Below, one piece after another: positions 36,273 to 49,207 of a stretch of DNA of 64,000 bases. This DNA comes from Methanocaldococcus indicus. Lineage in GTDB: Archaea; AGJL01; Methanococci; Methanococcales; Methanocaldococcaceae. Both the position numbers and the translations under genes were made by a program. The notes below the pieces were generated by a model. It had not been told where the DNA came from. It saw only the letters and a program-made list of their open reading frames with translations, and made no database searches. How positions within the stretch are numbered: position 1 is the first letter of the stretch; each line of letters starts with the position of its first letter. The stretch covers positions 704,001 to 768,000 of the forward strand of contig NZ_CP186926.1 of the NCBI RefSeq assembly GCF_049554935.1, given 5' to 3'.

Positions 36273-38318
36273 TTATTGTTGTGTTAGAGTATATTCTCTT
36301 TTAGCTTTGAAAGGGGTAAATTTCTTACCTCCTCCTTCATAGAATTGGCTGAAGAATTCAACATAATGTAATCTTAGAGAATGAATGAAAGCTCCTAAAC
36401 CATTCATTACAAAGTTGAATATATGCCCACCTATTAATATAATTATTGCTAAAATTACTCCAACTATTGGAATGGCTTCTCCAACTAACTTAGCCATAAT
36501 ATTTACAGCCATTGCTAAACCTCCAGTAGCTAAACAGAGAGCCAACAACCTTGCATATGAAAGGACATTTCCTAAAAATCCAGTTATATCTAAAGCTCCT
36601 AAACCAGCTCCCATAATTCCATTTTCTTTAAATCCTTTATACATACTTGCCAATAGGACAATTATTAATGCAGCTATTACAACTATTGGTATTTTGAATG
36701 ATACAACAGTTATTGTAAATGCTGGATACAATGCTAATCCAATAACTATTGACAATATCAACAAAATCCAAATACCTTGGTTTATTATTGCATCTTCAAC
36801 TAATCCTCTTCTTATATTTTCTTTAAATCCTACTATCAACCCAATAAATAAATGCAACATACCAACAGCTATAGCAAATGCTAAGATAGCTATTGGCCCA
36901 TTTGGTATATAATTACTTGCTCCTAATGGATTAACTAATGCCAATCCCATTTTATAGATATCAATTCCTAAGAACTTATCTAAGAAATCTCCTAAATAAC
37001 CTCCTGTTAGAACTCCAGCAATTATTGTAGCAATTCCTGCTAATGTTAAAATATATCCTAATTTACTTGCTCCTTCACTTACTTTACCCAACTTTTTCCA
37101 CATCCATAAACCAACTAATGTCAAAGCTAATCCATAAACTGCATCAGTTAGCATAATACCATAGAACAATAAGAATCCTGGAACTAACAAGATTGTTGGG
37201 TCTACTTCGTTGTATTTAGGCATTGCATACATCTCAGTTAGCATTTCAAATGGCTTAATTGGTTTAGGATTGTTTAGCATAACTGGGATTTTATCTTCTT
37301 CAACATCAGGCTCATCAATATCTACTACACAGTATCCATTAGACTTTTCTTCAACAATTCTTTTAGCTTTATCTATATAGAGAACAGGAACCCACATCTC
37401 AATGTAGTATGTTCTCTCAGTTCTTCCAAAGTTGTTGTATGCCTCAGCCCTTTCTTTCTCAATATTTAATAATTCATAAACAACTAAAAGCTTTTTCTTC
37501 CATTGTTTAGCTAAATCTCTTATTTTATTTTTGATACTTTCTAATTCTCTATCTATTTCTTTTAATCTATTTTCTATTTTGTTATATTCTTCATCAGGTT
37601 TTCCTTCTCCTTCAACATCTAATCTTTCAAATTCATATTTTCTCAATATAGATAAAGCTTTATCTAAATACTCTTTTAAAACAACTACAATAGAGACAAC
37701 TTTTTTGTTGTTCTCATCACCAATCTCTTTACATTCTAATATGTCAGAATATCCTGATGTTTCATTTTCCAATATATTCTTTAATTCATTTATTTTGTTT
37801 TTTGGAATTAATCCAATTGTTATATATGTATATACTCCTTCTCCTAACAATGATAATGGAACATCAATCCCTAAAATATACTTTAATTGTTCTTTTAACT
37901 GGATAAGTTTTGACTTTTCATTTTCTAATTCATTTAATTTATTTGACAATTCCTCTAAATCTTTCTCAACATTATTAACAATACTCTTAACATAGTTCAT
38001 AACATCTTCATGAGAGTTAGGTACTCTTTCCTTTTCTGGTGGTTTTGGATTTAATAACTCCTTAATTCCACCACTTTCTTCAGAAACACTCTCAAATAAA
38101 TCCAAATATTTGCTAACTTTTAACATTAATGAAGTAACATCTCTTATATATGGTGCTGATGATGAAGGTTTTATAAGATTTCTCCATTCAATATCTTCTA
38201 ATTTTTCAGATAAATCATAAATTTCAGCTACACCTTCCTCATGTAGGGCCCTTACAACATCATCAACATATTCATCCAATATCACCATTTTCATCTTCTT
38301 CATTCTAACAGGTCTCAC
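36273..38318 (-). CDS. atpI: A-type ATP synthase subunit I (a)
   Basis: PKYNEVDPT, LSYARLLAL, HSLRLHYVEFFSQFY. Confidence 0.97.
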   Translation of the reverse strand: MRPVRMKKMKMVILDEYVDDVVRALHEEGVAEIYDLSEKLEDIEWRNLIKPSSSAPYIRDVTSLMLKVSKYLDLFESVSEESGGIKELLNPKPPEKERVPNSHEDVMNYVKSIVNNVEKDLEELSNKLNELENEKSKLIQLKEQLKYILGIDVPLSLLGEGVYTYITIGLIPKNKINELKNILENETSGYSDILECKEIGDENNKKVVSIVVVLKEYLDKALSILRKYEFERLDVEGEGKPDEEYNKIENRLKEIDRELESIKNKIRDLAKQWKKKLLVVYELLNIEKERAEAYNNFGRTERTYYIEMWVPVLYIDKAKRIVEEKSNGYCVVDIDEPDVEEDKIPVMLNNPKPIKPFEMLTEMYAMPKYNEVDPTILLVPGFLLFYGIMLTDAVYGLALTLVGLWMWKKLGKVSEGASKLGYILTLAGIATIIAGVLTGGYLGDFLDKFLGIDIYKMGLALVNPLGASNYIPNGPIAILAFAIAVGMLHLFIGLIVGFKENIRRGLVEDAIINQGIWILLILSIVIGLALYPAFTITVVSFKIPIVVIAALIIVLLASMYKGFKENGIMGAGLGALDITGFLGNVLSYARLLALCLATGGLAMAVNIMAKLVGEAIPIVGVILAIIILIGGHIFNFVMNGLGAFIHSLRLHYVEFFSQFYEGGGKKFTPFKAKREYTLTQQ

Positions 38319-38333
38319 AACAAATCACCTTTT

Positions 38334-38642
38334 TTAGAATTCTAAAACTTCATCTAAGGATAAAGATAGAACTCTAACCTTTGCAATAGACATAATTTGT
38401 TTTTTTTCATCCTCAACTTCAACTAAAATATTTTCAGCTTCTTTTTTAGCTTCCTCTTCAGCTTTTTTAAGCATAAGTTCAACTTCTTTTTTTGCCTCTT
38501 CCTCTGCTTTCTTTATTATTTGTTTAGCTTCCTCAATTGCTTCATTCCTTATCTTTTCAGCTTCTTCTTTTGCTTGTTGTATCTTATTTACTGCTTCTTC
38601 TTCTGCCATTCTAACGTCTTTTAATGCCTCTGCTATGCTCAT
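38334..38642 (-). CDS. atpH: A-type ATP synthase subunit H
   Basis: EAK-rich coiled coil, first gene of the atp cluster; GGTGA RBS before ATG 38642. Confidence 0.85.
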   Translation of the reverse strand: MSIAEALKDVRMAEEEAVNKIQQAKEEAEKIRNEAIEEAKQIIKKAEEEAKKEVELMLKKAEEEAKKEAENILVEVEDEKKQIMSIAKVRVLSLSLDEVLEF

Positions 38643-38691
38643 AACTTTCACCAAAAAATAGGAGAATTAAAAATTATTTATTGAATTATTA

Positions 38692-39195
38692 TTAAAAACT
38701 TTTAGATAGCCAATAAATTGTTGATGGTATAATACCAATAGCAGTACAAGTTTCTAAGGATACTCCTTTCTCAGTTATATCTAAATGATACTTACAAAAT
38801 CTTAAAATATCTTTTGGTAGTCCATGCCTACCTAAACCAACAAATAGACCAATTGGTCTATTTTTCAAAAGTTTTACAGTATCAATTGGAGTTATTTCTT
38901 TTGATTTTTCTGGTTTAGATGTTGTAGCAATAGGAATTCCAAATTGAGGTAAAAATTTATCAACAATAAAAAATCTATTTTTATCAATTAATTCTTTTAA
39001 ATAGCTACCTTCATTTCCAATAGTTGTATTTATATTATTTAAATCTTCTTTTTTACATGGAAAGTCCATAATAGCTAAGTTGAAATCATAGGCATAACAT
39101 ACAGGAGCTGCTCTTGCAATAGCTCTTTTATGTGCTTCGTGCCATCTTTTTTTATCATAAGAATTATATAAAATTAGCGTTGCTCTTTTATACAT
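38692..39195 (-). CDS. DUF531 SPOUT-like protein
   Basis: NSYDK..HEAHKRAIARA, GLGRHGLP, SLETCTAIG. Confidence 0.8.
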   Translation of the reverse strand: MYKRATLILYNSYDKKRWHEAHKRAIARAAPVCYAYDFNLAIMDFPCKKEDLNNINTTIGNEGSYLKELIDKNRFFIVDKFLPQFGIPIATTSKPEKSKEITPIDTVKLLKNRPIGLFVGLGRHGLPKDILRFCKYHLDITEKGVSLETCTAIGIIPSTIYWLSKSF

Positions 39196-39280
39196 AAATA
39201 TCGGAAATAGCTTTCCTAATTATATACAATAGTTAATCTTTAATTGTAACGATATTTAAATACAACATATAATGTTCAAA

Positions 39281-39297
39281 CCGAAAAGTTTATATAT
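39281..39297 (+). promoter_or_regulatory. BRE/TATA promoter of tRNA-Leu
   Basis: CCGAAAAG-TTTATATA about 30 nt upstream of the tRNA. Confidence 0.8.
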
Positions 39298-39327
39298 GAG
39301 GATAGTGATTATTATTTTTGCTCACGT

Positions 39328-39412
39328 GCAGGGGTCGCCAAGCCTGGCCAAAGGCGCCGGACTTAAGATCCGGTCCCGAAGGGGTTCCGGGGTTCAAATC
39401 CCCGCCCCTGCA
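39328..39412 (+). tRNA. tRNA-Leu(UAA)
   Basis: GCAGGGG/CCCCTGC acceptor stem, anticodon loop CTTAAGA, long variable arm, GGTTCAAATCC. Confidence 0.97.
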
Positions 39413-39488
39413 CTATTTGTTTGATAACAATAAATAATTTTATTTTTATAACACAATATATTCATAGATTTAAATTTTTGGTGAAATT

Positions 39489-40148
39489 GTGAGATATGAG
39501 TTTCATACACATACTGTTTTTAGTGATGGAGAACTAATCCCTTCTGAACTTGTTAGGAGAGCTATTTATTTAAATTATAAAGCAATAGCTATAACAGACC
39601 ATGCTGATGCAAGTAACTATAAAGAGTTAATTGAAAAGGTTTTATTGGCTAAGGAAGAACTAAAAAATTATTGGGATATAAAGGTTATTGTTGGTGTTGA
39701 ACTTACCCATATTCCCCCAAAATCTATTCCTAAATTAGCTAAAAAATCAAAAGATTTAGGAGCTGAGATTGTTGTAGTTCATGGAGAAACAATTGTTGAG
39801 CCAGTTGAAGAAAAGACTAATTACTATGCATCTATTTCTGAGGATGTAGATATCTTAGCACATCCAGGATTTTTAGATACAGACACAATTAACAATTTAA
39901 AAGAGAACAATATTTTTGTTGAAATATCTGCAAGAAGAGGACATTCTTTAACAAATGGCTATATTGTTAATGTGGCAAGAGAGCATAAATTAAAAACTTT
40001 AATTAATACAGATGCCCATTCTCCTTCAGATTTAATAACCTATGACTTTGCCAAAAAAGTAGGTTTAGGAGCAGGATTAACAAATAGAGAGTTGGAAAAG
40101 ACATTGTTGGATTATCCAAAAGAGCTATTAAAAAGAATTGAAAGGTGA
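39489..40148 (+). CDS. PHP-domain metallophosphatase
   Basis: HTHTVFSDG, ITDH, GVE, LAHP, NTDAH. Confidence 0.9.
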   Translation: MRYEFHTHTVFSDGELIPSELVRRAIYLNYKAIAITDHADASNYKELIEKVLLAKEELKNYWDIKVIVGVELTHIPPKSIPKLAKKSKDLGAEIVVVHGETIVEPVEEKTNYYASISEDVDILAHPGFLDTDTINNLKENNIFVEISARRGHSLTNGYIVNVAREHKLKTLINTDAHSPSDLITYDFAKKVGLGAGLTNRELEKTLLDYPKELLKRIER

Positions 40149-40995
40149 AATTATCATTACTGTTGATGATATTGTAGAATTATTTAGAGAAGCTGTAATT
40201 TATCTCCCAAAGGATGTAAAAAAATCTTTAAATGAAGCTTATGAAAAAGAAGAGGGGAAATTATCAAAAGAAACATTAAAGGCAATAATTGAAAATAATA
40301 AAATAGCTGAAAGTGATTGTGTTCCTCTATGTCAAGATACAGGAGTTCCTATTGTCTTTTTAAAAGTTGGGAGAAATATAAATACAAATGAATTGTTTAA
40401 AATATTTGAGATAATAAAAGAAGGTGTAAAAAAAGCAACAGATGAGATTCCTTTAAGGCCTAATGTTGTCCATCCTATAACAAGAGAAAATATTGGAAAT
40501 GTTGGATTATCATCTCCATTTATTAATGTTGATTTTGATAAAAATTTAGATAGAGAAATTGAAATAACAGTATTCCCAAAAGGAGCAGGTAGTGAAAATA
40601 TCTCTTCTTTAAAGATGTTAAAACCATCTGATGGTTTGGAAGGAATAAAAAAATTTGTTTTAAATGTTGTTGGAGATGCATTAGGTAAGCCATGCCCTCC
40701 AATAGTTGTTGGAATAGGAATAGGTGGAACATCTGATTTAGCTTTAAAATTAGCTAAAAAAGCTCTTTTAAGGAATATTGGAGAGAGACATAAAGATAAA
40801 GAAATAGCTAATTTAGAGATTGAACTATTAAACAAAATTAATGAGTTAGGAATTGGAGCTATGGGTTTAGGTGGAAAGATAACTGCCTTAGATGTATTTA
40901 TAGAGATAGCTGGATGTCATACAGCATCTCTTCCAGTTGGAGTGTGTATTAACTGTTGGGCTCATAGAAAAGCAAAAAGAAGATTTAAACTTTAA
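40138..40995 (+). CDS. Fe-S fumarate hydratase/tartrate dehydratase alpha subunit (start uncertain)
   Basis: PLCQDTG, PKGAGSEN, PCPP..GIGIGG, HTASLPV, CWAHR. Confidence 0.92.
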   Translation: MKGEIIITVDDIVELFREAVIYLPKDVKKSLNEAYEKEEGKLSKETLKAIIENNKIAESDCVPLCQDTGVPIVFLKVGRNINTNELFKIFEIIKEGVKKATDEIPLRPNVVHPITRENIGNVGLSSPFINVDFDKNLDREIEITVFPKGAGSENISSLKMLKPSDGLEGIKKFVLNVVGDALGKPCPPIVVGIGIGGTSDLALKLAKKALLRNIGERHKDKEIANLEIELLNKINELGIGAMGLGGKITALDVFIEIAGCHTASLPVGVCINCWAHRKAKRRFKL

Positions 40996-41001
40996 AAGTG
41001 A

Positions 41002-41661
<660 letters not shown>

Positions 41662-41663
41662 GT

Positions 41664-43473
<1,810 letters not shown>

Positions 43474-43491
43474 TTTAAGGTTATATTTTGA

Positions 43492-43527
43492 GTATTGTCC
43501 TTGTTTTAATGGACTAACGATTTAGAC
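43492..43527 (-). repeat. Solo degenerate CRISPR-like repeat (GTCTAAATCGTTAGTCCATTAAAACAAGGACAATAC)
   Basis: Resembles the 36-37 nt ...TCCATTAAAACAAGGATTGAAAC repeat family; GAAAGATTTATAT promoter about 38 nt upstream on the same strand. Confidence 0.55.
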
Positions 43528-43927
43528 CCTTGCTGTTCATCCTTATTTTATGTCCGAACTACCCATATAAATCTTTCATTTTTCACCTTATTTTTCTTAA
43601 CTGGATAATTATTAAAATATCCATAAAAGCAAGAAGATTTGTGCATAGTATTTTATATATCAACTTGCACAACCGTGGCTAAAAATCTCGATAATTAGGA
43701 CTTATTTAACATAATCAAAAACCAATCCAAACCTAAAACTACACAAATACGAACAAACAACTAAAATCTCCAAAAAAATTAGCATTACTTTTCCTTAATT
43801 TTCTCATACCAAAATCTAAGGAAGGATATATGAAAGCAAGAAAACTTAATTAGAATAATTAATATTATACATTAAAAATATTAATAAAAGTAACCTATAT
43901 ATAGAATTTTAGAGTTAAATTATTATA

Positions 43928-43999
43928 ACCCTACTCCATAGTGGGTAGGGTGTAATACTTATTTTTACTGTGCCCCGTAGTGGGCACAGTGTATTCTTA
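43928..43999 (+). ncRNA. Candidate structured sRNA: two tandem 9-bp hairpins with CRTAGT loops
   Basis: ACCCTACTC-CATAGT-GGGTAGGGT and ACTGTGCCC-CGTAGT-GGGCACAGT, 39-nt period, compensatory changes, TATA at about 43896. Confidence 0.5.
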
Positions 44000-44000
44000 T

Positions 44001-45188
44001 CTACTTAGCAGAGACAATTTTTATAATATCTCCATCCTCTAATTCATAATCTGCTGAAATTCTCATTTTGTTTCTTGCATTAATTGCATAAATAAATCCT
44101 TCTCCTAAATCAGTATGAATTTTATAAGCAAGTTCTCTTGCAGTTGTTCCTTTTTTAACTAAATAAGCATCTGGCAAAACATTTCCTTGTTTATCTGAAA
44201 ATTTATTTTCATCCTCAACTGGATAGACAACAATCATATTCAATAAATCAAAGTATGCCTTATTTAGACATTCTCTTACTCCTGTTGTTTTATACTTATC
44301 TAAAAATTCTTTAATAAATTCAAATGCTTTTTTCATTTGATTATTTAATTTAGATTCATCCAATATTATAAAATCTTCTCTATCCTCTTTATAAATCCTC
44401 TTTATTATTCCAGCTTTTTCTGCTTTTTTCAAAGCCAACTCTATTTCAGCAGATGTTGGAACAACTATAAAATCTTTAAACTCCTCTTTTAGTTTTTTAA
44501 TATTTTTTTCAGCATCTGGATGGTCTGCTTTGTTAGCAGCTATGATAATTGGTTTAGAAATTTCTCTCAACTTTCTTGCCAAGTATTTTAAATCTTCATT
44601 AGTCCATTTTATTGGAGATTCATCTAAATCTCTTATTGCATATTTTATATCTTGCTCATCTATATTTAATCCACTTAACTGTTCTTTTAAAGCTTTAACT
44701 ATATTTTTTTCTTGTTGAGCTCTTCTTGAAAGTTTATCCCAGTTTTTTGTTAATATATTGTAAATCCACATATCTATCTCTTCTAATATAAATTTAACAT
44801 CCTCAACAGGGTTACCTTCCCCAGGATTTCCTTCTTTATCTGTTTTTCCTGAGGCATCTACAACCAATATTAATGCATCTGCTCTTCTCAAATCATCTAA
44901 GAATTTGTTTCCCATACCTCTACCTTCATATGCCTTAGGGACTAATCCAGCAACATCTAAAACTTCAACAGGGATATATCTAGTTCCTTCTATACACAGA
45001 GAGTTTTTGGGACTACATTTTAAATTTAGTTCCTTACAAGGACAAGGTTTAGTTACATATCCAATTCCTTTATTTGGCTCAATTGTTGTAAATGGATAAT
45101 TTCCTATTTCAGCTGGTTTTTCAGTTAAAGCAGAAAAGAAAGTAGATTTTCCAACATTTGGCTTTCCAACTAATCCAACTAATGCCAT
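44001..45188 (-). CDS. ychF: Obg-family YchF-like ATPase/GTPase with TGS domain
   Basis: GKPNVGKST, YPFTTIEPN, DVAGL, NKAD, HTDLGEGF. Confidence 0.92.
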   Translation of the reverse strand: MALVGLVGKPNVGKSTFFSALTEKPAEIGNYPFTTIEPNKGIGYVTKPCPCKELNLKCSPKNSLCIEGTRYIPVEVLDVAGLVPKAYEGRGMGNKFLDDLRRADALILVVDASGKTDKEGNPGEGNPVEDVKFILEEIDMWIYNILTKNWDKLSRRAQQEKNIVKALKEQLSGLNIDEQDIKYAIRDLDESPIKWTNEDLKYLARKLREISKPIIIAANKADHPDAEKNIKKLKEEFKDFIVVPTSAEIELALKKAEKAGIIKRIYKEDREDFIILDESKLNNQMKKAFEFIKEFLDKYKTTGVRECLNKAYFDLLNMIVVYPVEDENKFSDKQGNVLPDAYLVKKGTTARELAYKIHTDLGEGFIYAINARNKMRISADYELEDGDIIKIVSAK

Positions 45189-45261
45189 ACTTTCACCAAA
45201 AATAAAATTTTTTATACCTTAATAGTTATAAATTACTTTTAACAATTTTTCTGGTGTTTAA

Positions 45262-45990
45262 ATGTTAGCAGAGGATATAATAAAAGTTATTGAAAAATTT
45301 GCTCCAAAAGATTTAGCAATTGAAGGAGATAATGTTGGTTTATTATTTGGTAGAGAAGATAGAGAAGTTGAGAAGATTGGAATTGCATTAGATTGCTCTT
45401 TAATGGTTTTAGAAAAAGCTTATAAATTAGATATTGACTTTCTTTTTACTCATCATCCAATATTAAAAAATCCTGTTAATAGATTTACAAACATAATATA
45501 TAAAAAATTAAAGCTTCTTGCTGATAAGGATATTGTTCTCTACACTGCCCACACAAATTTAGACATATGCAAAAATGGATTAAATGATACTTTGGCAGAA
45601 TTTTTTAATTTGAAGGATGTTGAGCCTCTCTATGATAATGGATTGGGGAGAGTTGGAATTTTTGAGAATTCTTTTGATGAGTTTTTAAATTTGGTTAAAG
45701 AATTGGAAAAGAACTATGTTTTAGTTAAAAGCAAAGAGATAAAAGATAATTTTAAATTAGCTGTTCTCTCAGGTTATGGTTTATCTCAAAAAGATATTGA
45801 ATATGTCTCAAATAAAGCAGATGTTTATCTTTCTGGGGATTTAACACACCACTCTAAAATCTTAGCTGAGGAATTGAAGTTAGTTGTTGTAGATGCCACT
45901 CACTACTCAACAGAGGTTTTAGGTTTAAAGAAAGTTAAAGAGTATCTTGAAAATAAATTAAATAAAAAAATTATTAGCTTAGATTTTTGA
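45262..45990 (+). CDS. Nif3-like dinuclear metal protein (HcgD-like)
   Basis: DNVGL, THHP, HTNLD, GDLTHH, THYSTE. Confidence 0.9.
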   Translation: MLAEDIIKVIEKFAPKDLAIEGDNVGLLFGREDREVEKIGIALDCSLMVLEKAYKLDIDFLFTHHPILKNPVNRFTNIIYKKLKLLADKDIVLYTAHTNLDICKNGLNDTLAEFFNLKDVEPLYDNGLGRVGIFENSFDEFLNLVKELEKNYVLVKSKEIKDNFKLAVLSGYGLSQKDIEYVSNKADVYLSGDLTHHSKILAEELKLVVVDATHYSTEVLGLKKVKEYLENKLNKKIISLDF

Positions 45991-45999
45991 GGTGATAAC

Positions 46000-47769
46000 T
46001 TGAAAAAAATTTTAGCATTTCTGTGTTTGTTCTTTTTAATATCTTCAAATTTAGCAGTTATTATAAAAGCTCCTGCTGTTTCAGAAACTGAAGCAGGAAC
46101 TTATAAAGGAGTTCCAATAACTTTTGATATAGAGGTTTCTAATGGAACTGGACATGTTTTTATGGATACACTTCCTTTAACTCAAATGGATATGCAAGGT
46201 TCTGCAAGAATAGCTGCAAAAGTAGCTGGAGAAGTTACTGGAAAGAATATGAACAAATATAATGTCTATATAACTGTTAGAAGTGATGTGCCATTTGTTG
46301 GTGGTCCATCTGCTGGAGGTACTATGTGTGTTGGAATCATAGCAGATTTATTAAATCTCTCTATTAATCATAGAGTTATGATGACAGGAGCTATAAATCC
46401 TGATGGTTCTATTGGTCCAGTAGGAGGAATTTTAGAGAAGATTGAAGCTGCTAAAGAGGCTAACTGTACAATAATGTTAATTCCAAAAGGTCAAAGATAC
46501 ATAAAAGTTGAAGGTAGAGTAATAGATGCTGTTGAGTTTGGAAAGAAATTAGGGGTTAAAGTTTATGAAGTAGGAAATATTTATGAAGCTCTTTCATACT
46601 TCACTGGAAAAAAATTCAAAATGAAAGAATATCCAGAGAATCCAGCAATTGAAGAGAAATATAAAAATATAATGAAAAATTTATATTTAAAGGTTATAAA
46701 TAGAGCTAATGAAAAATACAAGAAAGTTAGCAATATTTTAAATACTTACTACTTTGGATATGAATATCAATATTTTTTAACAAATGAGCTAAATAAAGCT
46801 AAAAAGCTTTTAGATGAGGCAAATGATGCTTATTTAAATGGAGATTATTATACAGCAACATCAAAAGCTTTCAATGCAATGATTATATTGGAGAAAATAG
46901 ATGGATTTATCCAATATCTTTCAGGAGATATAACTGTTAGAGATTATCTTCTGCAAACACAAAAAATTATTGATAAAGATAAAAAACTTGTTTATTCAAA
47001 AAATTTAACTACTGGAAACTTTGAAGAAGTTTTAGCTGGAAGAGAGAGAATATTTGAAGCAGAAAATATCTTAAATAATGCTTGGAAATCTTACTACAAT
47101 GGAGATATAAAAGATGCAATAGAAAATGCTGCCTATGCAAGAATGAGAGCTGAAAGTGCTGTATGGTGGATAAACTTAGCTAATGAATCAGGAAAAGAAC
47201 TAAATAAAAATAAATTAAGAGTATTAGCTCAGCAGTATTTAGATAATGCTGAGACAGTATATGGATATGTTGTAAGTATGTATCCTAACTTATTTACAAA
47301 CTTTAATGATTTAGATGAGGCAAAAGAAGCTTATGACAATGGAGATTATCTATTATCTATAGCTAAGAGTATAGATGTTTGTGTAAAAGCAGATATTCCA
47401 TTGGTTATGTTTTCAGATATAAACTATCTTAAAAAATATGCTAAAAATAAAATTGATATGGCAGAATATTATAATATAACTCCTCTCTCAGCTCTATCAT
47501 ATTATGAGTATGCAAATAGCTTTAATGACACATTATCAAAAATTATGTATTATAAATATTCCTCATACTATGCTCAAATGGACATGGATGTTATAAAATC
47601 CCAAAACTATAAATTGGAAAAATTAGAGCCAACTTATGTAGTTGAAGAAAATGAGGTTGTTGAAGAAAATGGCAATATTCCCCCAAATATATCATATATA
47701 GTATTATCTTTCCTATCAGGATTATTTATTGGATTGTTTGGAGGATATATTTCAAGAAGATTTACTTAA
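46000..47769 (+). CDS. Secreted S16 (Lon-type) protease domain protein without ATPase
   Basis: Signal peptide, GGPSAG Ser, PVGGILEK Lys, helical repeats, C-terminal TM. Confidence 0.87.
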   Translation: MKKILAFLCLFFLISSNLAVIIKAPAVSETEAGTYKGVPITFDIEVSNGTGHVFMDTLPLTQMDMQGSARIAAKVAGEVTGKNMNKYNVYITVRSDVPFVGGPSAGGTMCVGIIADLLNLSINHRVMMTGAINPDGSIGPVGGILEKIEAAKEANCTIMLIPKGQRYIKVEGRVIDAVEFGKKLGVKVYEVGNIYEALSYFTGKKFKMKEYPENPAIEEKYKNIMKNLYLKVINRANEKYKKVSNILNTYYFGYEYQYFLTNELNKAKKLLDEANDAYLNGDYYTATSKAFNAMIILEKIDGFIQYLSGDITVRDYLLQTQKIIDKDKKLVYSKNLTTGNFEEVLAGRERIFEAENILNNAWKSYYNGDIKDAIENAAYARMRAESAVWWINLANESGKELNKNKLRVLAQQYLDNAETVYGYVVSMYPNLFTNFNDLDEAKEAYDNGDYLLSIAKSIDVCVKADIPLVMFSDINYLKKYAKNKIDMAEYYNITPLSALSYYEYANSFNDTLSKIMYYKYSSYYAQMDMDVIKSQNYKLEKLEPTYVVEENEVVEENGNIPPNISYIVLSFLSGLFIGLFGGYISRRFT

Positions 47770-49207
47770 TCATTCCTCTCTCTTTTTGCCATTTCATTCT
47801 TAAACCTAATATACATGGCCCTCCTCTATTTCCTCCAATAGGAACTTTTGGAGTACCTAAACAGTTCATACACCTTGCCATGACAGAAGCTCCTAATGCT
47901 AATCCATCTTCTACAAATACAACATTTTCCTCTACTTTATCCCAAATATTTAGCTTCTCTAATTTCTCTAAAATTAACTCTGGTTTTTTTCCTGTTATTC
48001 CTGCTCTACCAGTCACACCAACAGCAGTTCTGTCAGATATTAATCCTTTTTTGTATGCAAGTTCTACCAATCTATAAACTACATCAGACATAACATAATC
48101 TAAACATGACAATAAAGTAGAGATATTACTTTTTTCAACTAACTCCTTACCTAATTCTGTTAATTTATAAAGTTTATCTCCATTCTCTCCAACATCACAA
48201 CCTATAAGTGTAGTTCCAGCCTTTTTAGCAGCTTCTACATCTACTGGAACTGTTCCAAATCTATTAACTCCTTCTGGAACTTTCCTAATATCTATATATT
48301 TATGTATTTTTTCAGCATATTCCTTAGCAAGTTCTTCATTTGCTTTTCCATCAGGTTTTAAATCTAAAACAGCTCCAGTTTTTTCATCTATTTTTCCAGA
48401 ACCTCTTGCAATTGCATCTGCAATAGCTCCAGCTAATCCACATAAATTACCAATAACTTTTGCATAGGGTAGTTCATCATTTGTTATTCTTCCTGCTAAT
48501 GTTGTCCCAAAATCAATACTCATACAAGGATTTCTAAAATCTACATGAGTCCATTTACTACCAACTTTTACTCCTGCTGTTACCAATTCTCCCTCCATTT
48601 CATTAGCAACAACTTCCTTTCCAGTTGGTGGTAGAACTCCTGTTACAGCCCCATCAAATATAATCTTATCTAAGAAAGAATATTTATCAAAAGGTTTAGG
48701 TAGTTGGTCTTTTGTCATAGCAGGAGTCATTTTTTGTGGAGGGACACCAGCAAGCATACAACCTTGAGCTAAGGCTATTATAACTTCACCAACCTCCTCA
48801 GGAGAAGCAAATCCAGCAGTAACTCCAGTACTTCTAACAACAAAGTGCAAATCATCAATAGTTAAGTTGGCTTTTTTTAAACTCTCTAAAAGAACATCTC
48901 TAACCATCTCAGCAACAGCTTCTCTTGACAACTCAACTCCCCATAAAGTTTTACCAAAAATCTTCTCTCCTTTTTTTGGCTTCCTAACATCTCTTGTCAT
49001 TCTTACATACTTACTTACTATATAGGTTTTTCCAGTATCCATATTTGTAGCAGTTATTATTGATTTTGTTGTTGTATTCCCCAACTCAACAGATGCAACA
49101 ATATAATAAGGATTCCTTTTTAATTCTATTAAATCAACACTTTGAGATTTTGCATAAGCTATATTTTTTTTCTTTTTGAATAGATTTTTTAGAAATTCCA
49201 GTACCAT
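47762..49207 (-). CDS. Methanogenesis marker 14 protein (DUF2114, actin-like fold)
   Basis: [39 protein letters not shown]. Confidence 0.85.
   Translation of the reverse strand: MVLEFLKNLFKKKKNIAYAKSQSVDLIELKRNPYYIVASVELGNTTTKSIITATNMDTGKTYIVSKYVRMTRDVRKPKKGEKIFGKTLWGVELSREAVAEMVRDVLLESLKKANLTIDDLHFVVRSTGVTAGFASPEEVGEVIIALAQGCMLAGVPPQKMTPAMTKDQLPKPFDKYSFLDKIIFDGAVTGVLPPTGKEVVANEMEGELVTAGVKVGSKWTHVDFRNPCMSIDFGTTLAGRITNDELPYAKVIGNLCGLAGAIADAIARGSGKIDEKTGAVLDLKPDGKANEELAKEYAEKIHKYIDIRKVPEGVNRFGTVPVDVEAAKKAGTTLIGCDVGENGDKLYKLTELGKELVEKSNISTLLSCLDYVMSDVVYRLVELAYKKGLISDRTAVGVTGRAGITGKKPELILEKLEKLNIWDKVEENVVFVEDGLALGASVMARCMNCLGTPKVPIGGNRGGPCILGLRMKWQKERGMIK

Noticed and set aside
36385-37995. Antisense ORFs over atpI, and similar shadows at 11049, 40332, 41016, 59761
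   Set aside because: Fully nested opposite well-supported genes; I/S/F/L-rich translations typical of reverse-frame artefacts.
43474-43860. Transposase pseudogene or IS remnant
   Set aside because: No ORF of 60 aa or more, no recognisable transposase motifs or terminal inverted repeats; better explained as a CRISPR-like leader.
43928-43990. SECIS element, given the nearby pstK
   Set aside because: Lacks the archaeal GAA/A internal loop, and no adjacent gene shows an in-frame TGA readthrough.
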